This document shows, piece by piece, positions 55,525-64,000 of a stretch of 64,000 bases of DNA. A program made the translations under genes and the position numbers. The notes beneath the pieces are model-generated. The model made no database searches. It was not told the origin of the DNA and worked only from the letters and a program-made list of their open reading frames with translations. The DNA comes from Eledone cirrhosa (Eukaryota): contig OZ024759.1 of assembly GCA_964016885.1 (NCBI GenBank), positions 10,602,001 through 10,666,000 on the forward strand. Direction: 5' to 3'. How positions within the stretch are numbered: the stretch's first letter is position 1; each line of letters begins with the position of its first letter.

Positions 55525-55912
55525 CATACTATGGAGTAATGTTAGACCAAAGACCCTTCAGAGGAACCCAATTTTGACTGTATTTGCAATCGTATTCTTT
55601 CAGTCATTACCCAATATTCACAACCACAGCCAAGGGTAGGCACAAATTCCAAATTGAAGATAGTAATTTTGGCTTTTACACCTACAGATATGTGGTTAGA
55701 ATATCTAGGAAAAGAATCGTTTTACAGGTAAAGCTCCCTGGCAGGGGACCCAGAAGTAGACCACGATGGAGATGATTGGATAACATCCATAAGCACAGTT
55801 GGTCTTGCTTGGGCATTCAACCAGATTATCTGGAGATGGCTTCTGATAGCACCTGCTGGAATGTGTCTCTGGGGAGTCTGGTGCCATGATCCTCTGGTGG
55901 AGGAGGAGAAGG
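55525..55912. mobile_element. RTE LINE remnant with inverted 5' portion
   Basis: Minus strand KAKITIF..FVPTL..EYWVMTERIR (55525-55685) abuts a plus-strand 3' piece homologous to 21350-21595. Confidence 0.7.
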
Positions 55913-55974
55913 AAAAATTTAAAAAAGATGAAATATACTAGTCTGTTTCTTTCCTCTTTACTTATTCACTGTCA

Positions 55975-56545
55975 ACATTTCAGTTGCGGGGCAGTTGTTG
56001 ACAAGTTTGGCCTGCAACCTCTGCCTTGCCACCAGAGCACAGGCCAGTTCCCCCCGACACACCGCTCTCAACGACATACTGGGTAGGAGCCTGGTCCCAG
56101 CTGTCTTTCTATCACAACTGGAGCCAGCAGGCCTTAACCATGGAGGTGGCAAACATCCCGAAGGAATCGCTCTCTTCCCATTCGAAGGAGGTCCCTCATC
56201 TTGGACGCCACATGTTGTGACACGTTCTCCACCACTTCCTCTTCACACCGGTTGCCGTCGAGACCTCAGGTGTACTTGGACTCCTTACAGACAAGCTCCT
56301 CTGCAAGATCAGAACTTAGGCGGCCCAGCCGAGGAGGGAGCCCCGTGAGGTGGGGTTGGAGTGTCACTGGCCATTGCCCGTGGAAATGTTTTCCCGTCTT
56401 GTCCACAGCCCCTTAACTTCCACGCTCTAGGCCCAGATCCCAATCATCCTCCCCTCTCCATTCATCTGTGACACTAGAGTCCTTGCCATTCCTTCCCTTT
56501 TCCGTTTTTTTCCTCTTTTTCTTTATATTTTCCTATTTTACATTC
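55975..56545 (+). mobile_element. CRE-like non-LTR retrotransposon remnant (zinc knuckle plus restriction-like endonuclease)
   Basis: Frameshifted SCGAVVDKFG..LPC....G..PRHTALNDIL.RSL....LEPAGL..GGKHPEG..FPF.GG...DATCCDTF. Confidence 0.75.
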
Positions 56546-56754
56546 AATTCTTTCTTTTCAATCTAAATTTTCTATTCTTCTTCCTCTATTAAACTGTATT
56601 TACATATATTCCATAAATATTGGGTCAAATATGAAATGCGTAGAAAAAACAAATATCTACAAATTTCATACTTGACGACCCAATAAAATTGTTTCTGAAT
56701 TGAAGAATAAATCAGACCATTTAAATAGATTGATATGGCTTTCTATAAACTCAC

Positions 56755-56809
56755 CTTCAATTTCTACGATGGCCTTCCACACATTCCAAGCTGTCTGTTG
56801 CTCTCTCAT
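56755..56809 (-). CDS. Candidate coding exon MREQQTAWNVWKAIVEIE of an unidentified divergent gene
   Basis: ATG-initiated non-repetitive frame ending in AAG|GTGAGT within AT-rich unique DNA, about 1 kb from the start of the + strand gene. Confidence 0.4.
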
Positions 56810-56959
56810 TGCACGATTATGTTTATGAAATTTAAAAAGAAATTAAATTTTTTTTTTTTTTAAATATTTTTTCCTTATTCTTTGTTGTTTGTAGTAAGAC
56901 TAGCTAGACATAAACTTGGAGATTGTTCATCACATCTTCCTATTTAATGTTGATAAATA

Positions 56960-57228
56960 ATAATTGTCTCTACTTTTGGCACAAGGCCAGCAATTACCCA
57001 GTGCATTACTGGTACTTTATTTTATAGACCCCGTAAGGATGAAAGGCAAAGTTAAATAATAATTGTTTCTACTTTTGGCACAAGGCCAGCAATTACCCAG
57101 TGCATTACTGGTACTTTATTCTATCGACCCCGGAAGGATGAAAGGCAAAGTTAACCTCGGCGGGATTTGAACTCAGATCATACAGGGATGCTTCAAAGCA
57201 TGGCATCCGACACTGCCAATCCACCGCC
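56960..57228 (-). mobile_element. Family B SINE, 1.5 copies
   Basis: Family B core. Confidence 0.8.
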
Positions 57229-57799
57229 TTAGTTAAATAATAATATCGATAAAGATGAAGTCATTGTAATGTCATATTTGTACAACAAAGAAAAATATAT
57301 TAATTTCCTTTCAAAACTTTTCACCTAAAATGTATTATACAAATCTATCATACAAACTCCCTGGTTTTATAATACAAAACTATTTTATTCTAATGAGTTT
57401 ATATTTAAATTAAAACCTTCCATCGTAATTTTAGATAAGAAAGGTTTTTAAGTTGTTTCAAATATTAGCTTAGCTTAAACTTGAAAAATTTAGTTATATT
57501 ACAAAATATCATCAAAGGTGTGAAAATATTTTTTAAAAAAACGTAAAATAGATATAATTTTTCATTACAGAAAAACAAATATTTGTGACGAAAGAACTTT
57601 GAAAGCCTTTAAGAAATTATATTTATATTTATAATTTTAACTGTTGATCAATCAATGATAAATATTGATTGCCAGCTAAATTTATTATAAAAGTAAAATC
57701 GATATTTTTTCGAAAATTTCCCTCAAAATAAGCGTCAATTACATCATTGAAAACGTATGTCTAAAATTTCACAAAAAATATTCATTATTAAGAAAGTTA

Positions 57800-57887
57800 T
57801 AAGGAAGCAAAGTGGCTGAGATGGGGAACGGTTACCAACTGCTTTGGAATGGAATAAAGTTTCTTTCAGGTGATTGGAGTAAGGGAG
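57800..57887 (+). other. Probable first (5' UTR) exon of the RS-protein gene
   Basis: Purine/GC-richer island ending in GAG|GTAAGT about 270 bp upstream of the ATG. Start position uncertain. Confidence 0.4.
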
Positions 57888-58158
57888 GTAAGTCAAAGTA
57901 AGTTCCTAGCTATATTTTCGTATTTTAAGCTTTTTTTTTTCAAAGTAAAATGAAATTATTTATATATATTTAATAATTTTATATTTTCTGTTAAAAAACA
58001 TTATCCGTAATTTTATGAATTAGTATTAAATTTTGTTGTTATTTAAATACGTATATTTGTAGTAGCTTTACATTATATTTAATAACATGGTGGACTGTTC
58101 ATGTCTTGAGTTGTCTTAAGTCTCTTCACATTCTTCTATTTTCATTTAAACATCCAAC

Positions 58159-58207
58159 ATGCCTCGAAGGAGTCGCTCCCGTTCACGATCAAGATCCCCA
58201 CGTAAAG
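58159..58207 (+). CDS. RS-domain protein, coding exon 1 (MPRRSRSRSRSRSPRK)
   Basis: CAACATG start, varied Arg/Ser codons, AAG|GTAAAA donor, phase 1. Confidence 0.85.
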
Positions 58208-58649
58208 GTAAAACAACAATTTTTTTTTTCTCTTAATCAGCAAAACTAGAATTTAAAAACCACCCCGATCATTTTCTTGTTTGTTATTAACGGGATACGG
58301 ACATACCCCCCTGAAAACATCCTCACCCCTTTCTGGAATAAACCCCGCGACAAAATCCGCAACCCCTACTGGACAAAAATCGACACGCCAACCGGATAAA
58401 AACTCCAAACGAAATCTCCTACCGGGAGAATATATACACAGTAAAATATATACAAAGATCTATTTATAGCTAACCTTACGAAATGTATTTTACCTGATGA
58501 AGTATAAAAGATATCCAGTCGGATCAGTTGCTTCTGACAGGACCTGCTGGAAGGAGTATTTCAGGACTCTGCCCTCACAGTCTTCTCAGAAGTAAGTGGG
58601 TGAAGAAGAAGTATAAACTAAAACTATATATTCAAATTATTAGTTATTG

Positions 58650-59237
58650 CTCTTTACGTTCTGAGTTGAAATCCCGCCGAGTTTAACTTTGCCTTTCATC
58701 CTTACGGGGTCGATAAAATAAAGAACCAGTAATACACTGGGGTAATTGCTGGCCTTGTGCCAAAAGTAGAAACAATTATTACTATTATGATCTTTTTATT
58801 TGGAAGATCATCGTTTGTAATTATCGTTCTTCAAACATTCCAGATCATCGTAGAAGTCGACTAAACCGAACGCAGTGTATTACTGGTACTTTGTTTTATC
58901 GCCCCGTAAGAATGAGGGGTTAACTTTGCCTTTCATCCTTACGGGGTCGATAAAATAAAGTACCAGTAATGCATTGGGGTCGATTTAGTCGACTCCCCCC
59001 CCCCAAATTGATGGCCTTGTGCCTAGATCAGAAATCATTATTTACTATGCGGTGGATTGGCAGTATCGATAGAGGGTCGGACGCCATGCTTTCCAGCATA
59101 GTTACGGCCCTTTACGATCTGAGTTCAAATCCTGCCGAGGTTGACTTTGCCTTTCATCCTTACGGGGTCGATAAAATAAAGTACCAGTAATGCACTGGGT
59201 AATTGCTGGCCTTGTGCCTAAAGTAGAAACAATTATT
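58650..59237 (+). mobile_element. Intronic family B SINE cluster
   Basis: Three partial or full copies. Confidence 0.8.
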
Positions 59238-59530
59238 ATTTACTATGCGGGGCGTTGGAGGTTTGTCCTGTGGGGTGTGGAGTGTTGGGGGTTTGTCCTC
59301 TTGGGTGCGGGGTGTTTTGTCGTGGGCCTCATATTAACATTATGTGTCAACGAAAACCGGGTCTTTGAGTTAAGGTATAACAAGTTTATTGCCTCTTCCG
59401 GCTTTCTTAATAATACCCTCACCCTATTTCTGAAGATATACACCCTATTTCAATTAATTTGAGGTATTTACTAGAATTGTTAATTATTTCAATATTAAAT
59501 TAGTATTTGTAACATAACTTGAGAAAATGT

Positions 59531-59873
59531 TCATCATCATCATCATTTCATTTTACGTCCGCTTTTTCCCTGCTTGCAAGGGTGGGACGGGAACTGATTC
59601 TGGTTTGATTTCTACAGCTGGATGCCCTTCCTAACACCAACCTCATTTACAGTGAGTGCTGGGTGCTTTTTTACCGTGGGACCTCCACGACCACTTTGCA
59701 GTGGAATGATAGGGACCCCAGTCCTATCATCTCATTTCTACAGCTGAGTAAACTGGAGCAATGTGAAATAAAGTCTCTTGCTCAAGGAAACAACACTTCA
59801 CCCGGTCTGAGAATTGAACTCACAACCTTTCGATTGCAAGGCCAATGCTCTAACCACTAAGCCATGTGCCTCC
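59531..59873 (-). mobile_element. Family A SINE, full length
   Basis: Reverse complement of the 35453 copy. Confidence 0.88.
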
Positions 59874-60011
59874 ATATATTAAATTATCTCTCTCGTTTTA
59901 ATTTGGTATGTACATGTGGTATTTGATAGCTTTCCCAGTCTATAGTGGCTTACCAACTCTACACGGACTATAACGGCTGCTTTACACTTTATATTTTCTT
60001 ATCTTTTGCAG

Positions 60012-60044
60012 ATCGAGAAAGACGTCGGGATCGAGAAAGAAAGC
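60012..60044 (+). CDS. RS-domain protein, coding exon 2 (DRERRRDRERK)
   Basis: TTTTCTTATCTTTTGCAG| acceptor and C|GTACGT donor. 33 nt, phase 1-1. Confidence 0.85.
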
Positions 60045-60939
60045 GTACGTATATTCTGTATTTAATCCATCCTTACATATATACATATATATTTGTGTGT
60101 GTATAAAATATATATCATCATCATCATCGATTAACGTCTATCTTCCACGCTAGCATGGGTTAGACGGGTCCTATTTAGAGGCAAGTTGGGTCGGGTGACC
60201 GTGTCTCGCTCATATAGAGGTGTTTCTGGATGGTTTCCTACAGCTGGATGCCTTTCCTAACGCCAACCACATTTACAGTGTGGGCTGGGTGCTTTTTGCC
60301 GTGTCTTTTACACGTCCAGTGTGGGCTGGGGCATACTTTACATATACTTCAGCCTGTGCTCGTGGGAAGTCAGGTCTTCTGTATTACTGCACATCACCAG
60401 AGATCCCGGTCATGTGTCATCTCCTTTGAGAGGTGCAATTGGGTAAGGTCGGCTTTTATCACCTTTTAACAATAAGATATAATAGATATATCACCAAGAC
60501 TTTAGCATGTTTTTACATAATTTATTAACAAAGGTTAAGAGGTGGATTAAGCTGGCATGCCAAAAGAAATGAAATAAACGAATTAAGATTGCAAGAGAAG
60601 GTACGGTCGACTGGCTGAGGTGTTGGCCAGGCCTGTAGTGATGTTTTGTCGTTACATATTGTTCGTGCTTGCAGAGAAAAAGAAGAATTCGTGTTTATCT
60701 TAGCAAGGTCAAGCTGCAAGAGAGAGAGAGAGAGGCGCCAGACTCCCTTATATTTGGGCCACAGGGATGTAACTCCAATTAGTTTTGTTCCCCGGGCAAA
60801 GGTGGCACTAGTCACTACAACCTCATCCCAAGGCTTCCAAAGACTTTGAGCGCTCTGCACTTTTTTATGCAGCTGTCATCCTTCATACACAACATGTCCA
60901 TACCAACACAATCTCCTCTCCTGCATACAGCAGGTTTAA

Positions 60940-61130
60940 TAATTGTTTCTACTTTTGGCACAAGGCCAGCAATTATCCCAGTGTATTACTGGTACTTTAT
61001 TTTATCGACCCCGTAGGGATAAAAGGCAAAGTTAACCTCGGCGGGATTTGAAGTCGGACCATAAAGGGCCGTAACTCTTTGCTGCAAAGCATGGCGTCTG
61101 ACGCTCTACCGATTCTGCCAATACACTGCA
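60940..61130 (-). mobile_element. Family B SINE
   Basis: Family B core. Confidence 0.8.
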
Positions 61131-61177
61131 GGTTTAAAATAAGTATGGACGAGTGTCAAATTTTCATTAAGTTTATT

Positions 61178-61268
61178 TAAATGTGACATGCGTTTCGCGA
61201 TTGATGAGCTCAAGAATCGATCTGTCGGTCAGGCCCAACTCTGGAATCAAAAGCTCATCAGACTTAAT
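61178..61268 (-). ncRNA. Hammerhead-like motif with long stem II insert
   Basis: Reverse complement TTAAGT-CTGATGA-GC...GC-GAAA-CGCATG-TC-ACATTT. Canonical GUC site, weak stem I. Confidence 0.5.
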
Positions 61269-61638
61269 CATCAATATTATCGCTGTTTAGCATCTATTTT
61301 CCATGCTTGCATGGGTTCGACAGCTGTCATATGCTGAGGCCAGACCAGGTGACTAGGTCCAGGTCGCACACTTTGTTTGGATTGGTTTCTACAACTGGAT
61401 GTCCTTCCTCACACCAGCCACTCTACAGTGTCTTCTGTGGCCATTTTATCATGACCCTGGCATTACACAGCACTAGGGGGCTTGTCATGTCTTTGACACA
61501 ACTGTAAAGTTTTTCCAGCCCTTTATTTGTCAGGTTTTCTATAACTGGATGTCCTTCCTATCACCAACACTAGGGAGGTTGTCATGTCTTTGGAGAGTCC
61601 TCCCAACCCTTTATTCTACACCAGACACACACATCACT

Positions 61639-61855
61639 TTAACCCTTTACCATTTAAACCGGGCATATCCAGCCAGAATTTTCTCACCTTCCTGTTCAAA
61701 CCAGCTGTAACCAGCCACTCATACTAATGTTAAGGTATTGTTCGCAAAATAAATAATATCAAAATCTCATAGATTTGATATTATGTGAGATAAAAAAGCC
61801 TTTACCACAAAAATACAAGAGTAAATCTAGAGTAATGTAAATGCTAAAAGGTTAA
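61639..61855 (-). mobile_element. piggyBac-type MITE, unexpanded 217-bp copy
   Basis: TTAA-CCCTTTACCATTTA ... TAAATGCTAAAAGG-TTAA. Confidence 0.8.
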
Positions 61856-61949
61856 ACATCTTTAATATTATTTTGGTTTATCTAAATTATTATCAATTGA
61901 ACTTTTTATTTGGTACATCATTCTAATTATCGTTGTTGAAACATTCCAG

Positions 61950-62121
61950 ATCGTCGTCGAAGTCGTTCAAGATCAAGAAGCAGGTCTGCCCCTCGCTACC
62001 GTTCACGTTCAAGATCAGCGCCTCGTTATCGCTCCAGATCACCTCCCCGTTATAGATCTCGATCAAGATCTCCCCGTGGCAGATATCGGTCAAGATCTCG
62101 TTCTCCTGGTAGAAAAAATCG
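61950..62121 (+). CDS. RS-domain protein, coding exon 3 (HRRRSRSRSRSRSAPRYRSRSRSAPRYRSRSPPRYRSRSRSPRGRYRSRSRSPGRKN)
   Basis: TTCCAG| acceptor and CG|GTATGT donor. 172 nt, phase 1-2, open RS frame. Confidence 0.92.
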
Positions 62122-62584
62122 GTATGTTTCAGGATTTCTTAGTTTTATCTTTCATTCTTTTCTGACCAGATTTTTAATGAAATACATTGTTTCATTTACT
62201 GCATTTCCTGGCATCGAAGACTCTACTTTTTTCCTAAAGTAAGTCTCAAAAATCTAAAAAAAAAAATCTTTAAAGAACAATAAACAATCTTCGGCCTCCA
62301 GGATTCAAAGTTTGGTTCTTAAAATTAGGGTGCATCCTCGAGGACAAAGCGTCTTCAGCGCTGGGTTAGGGTGTGTCCTCAAAGACGAAGTGTCTTCAGC
62401 GCCAGGAAATCCAGTAATTAATGAAGAATTTTGATGGATTTACTGAAATTATCAATTATTTCATTAATATGAAGGTTACTTAACATGGTTCTTGTATAGT
62501 CTTGAAGATTTTAATTTAGATAGGAATCCTTTCAACTTGTTTAATATTTAATTCTATGCCATTCAGTGGAGACTTTTAGACATG

Positions 62585-62850
62585 CCAACAAAGTCAGAAA
62601 ACAGTACAGCTCCCAGAAACATGGAACAAACTACCTGCATCAGTTGTTAGCTGCTCGGACACTGCATCCTTCAAAATTTGCCAGCACTACACCTAATATT
62701 CCCCCTCCATACACATGTATCTATATCATCACTCATACGCTGTTCATTTTCCTGACATTTGTACATTATTCTATGTACTATAGAAGCAGCTTTGATGAGT
62801 TGTAGTGCACCTGAGCAGTATACTCAATAATTTTCATTATATATTATATT
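62585..62850 (+). mobile_element. CR1/L2-like LINE 3' remnant
   Basis: Homologous to 7395-7510 and 8345-8520. Confidence 0.7.
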
Positions 62851-62885
62851 ATAAAATATAATTTATTTTTTTGTTCTTCTTTCAG

Positions 62886-62900
62886 AGATCGTAGGAATAA
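62886..62900 (+). CDS. RS-domain protein, 15-nt microexon (RDRRN)
   Basis: Long pyrimidine tract TTTTTTTGTTCTTCTTTCAG| then AGATCGTAGGAATAA |GTAAGT. Phase 2-2. The gene continues beyond the window. Confidence 0.78.
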
Positions 62901-63042
62901 GTAAGTACAAAGTGTTGTTTTCTTAATACCCCTCCCCCACATTACATATTTCTACTTAAACCTGTTTAACCCTTTCATTAACATAGTTTTAATGAAAGAC
63001 ACTGGCTATAGATTTCAAGTAATAATTTGGAGAGATTTATGT

Positions 63043-63381
63043 ATCATCATCATCGTCATTTTATGTCCGCTTTTCCCTGCTTGCAAGGGTGGGACGGGGA
63101 CTGATTCTGGCTTGATTTCTACAGCTGGATGCCCTTCCTAACACCAACCTCATTTACAGTGAGTGCTGGGTGCTTTTTTGCCGTGGCACCTCCACGACCA
63201 CTTTGCAGTGGAATGATAGGGACCCCAGTCCCTATCATCTCATTTCTACAGCTGAGTAAACTGGAGCAATGTGAAATAAAGTGTCTTGCTCAAGGAAACA
63301 ACACATCACCCGGTCTGAGAATTGAACTCACAACCTTTCGATTGCAAGCCCAATGCTCTAACCACTAAGCCATGTGCCTCC
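63043..63381 (-). mobile_element. Family A SINE, full length
   Basis: Reverse complement of the 35453 copy. Confidence 0.88.
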
Positions 63382-63538
63382 CTAAGCCATGTGTGTGTAC
63401 CATGTGGTCACCATATCTCACCCTCCATCTCCCTTCTATTCATATAGTATGGTCCTAAGTGATGGAGTGTGTATATATATATATATATATATACATATGT
63501 ATGTATGTACCTCTGTGTGTGTGTGTATATATGTATAT

Positions 63539-64000
63539 GGTGCTACTGGTAACATGTATCCCAGTACAACCTGTCCCATGGTCGGGTCGTTGGCGACTAA
63601 ACTGGCAACCCCACCAAGGTTTCTTGGTGAGGAGGGTGACTTTGGACATCCTGCAGGACTAAAAACAAAACCTGTCAAAGGGCAAAGGAGCTCTTAAGAG
63701 TCAATGGCCATCCAAAATCACCGGGAGGGATGACCCCTTAGCCTTTGTCAAGGCAGAATTCTAGGAGAAGGAAAACTCTGATCTAACACCTGCAACCCTG
63801 ATGGTATCCAATCATGTTGACTTGTTCTTCTTTTTGGTAAATATCATCTTGGTTAAGAGAGTGGGACTGGCTTTGTGCAGTGCCTTTGCTCACTATAAAA
63901 GCTTCACAGCACAGGCATTGCTTTATATCTGGAGATCTCTCTGCACTTGTCGTCACATGGTACCATGGGCCCAGCACTATGTGTCAGTAATTGTCACAAG
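63539..64000. mobile_element. Unclassified dispersed repeat (copy of 13456-13915), truncated by the window edge
   Basis: Near-identical to the 13.5-kb copy. Confidence 0.8.

Noticed and set aside
58495-58510. Other CTGANGA occurrences (also 19223, 21691, 22794, 62352)
   Set aside because: No stem II, GAAA or stem I arrangement follows.

Overview
This is a eukaryotic, extremely repeat-rich animal genomic window with no prokaryotic features. The SINE families, RTE LINEs with (ATG)n tails and long (TA)n/(CA)n tracts suggest an octopod cephalopod (inference). Most of the sequence is micro/minisatellite and transposon debris: two tRNA-headed SINE families, RTE, CR1-like and CRE-like (RLE) LINE remnants, and TTAA-flanked piggyBac-type MITEs. 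Almost all long ORFs in the track are repeat artefacts. The one well-supported gene is the 5' part of a + strand Arg/Ser-rich (RS-domain) protein gene with four phase-compatible coding exons at 58159-62900, including a 15-nt microexon. A few minus-strand splice signals may mark a second gene. The most notable signal lies outside the ORF track: about nine type I hammerhead ribozyme motifs plus several half-motifs, from at least five unrelated sequence families. Most sit at the inner ends of inverted repeats embedded in simple repeats, resembling non-autonomous Penelope-like pLTR fold-backs, and one fold-back also duplicates about 400 bp of flanking SINE and unique DNA. A second theme is that many minisatellites are tandem amplifications of internal pieces of identifiable transposons. 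All folds and alignments were done by eye.
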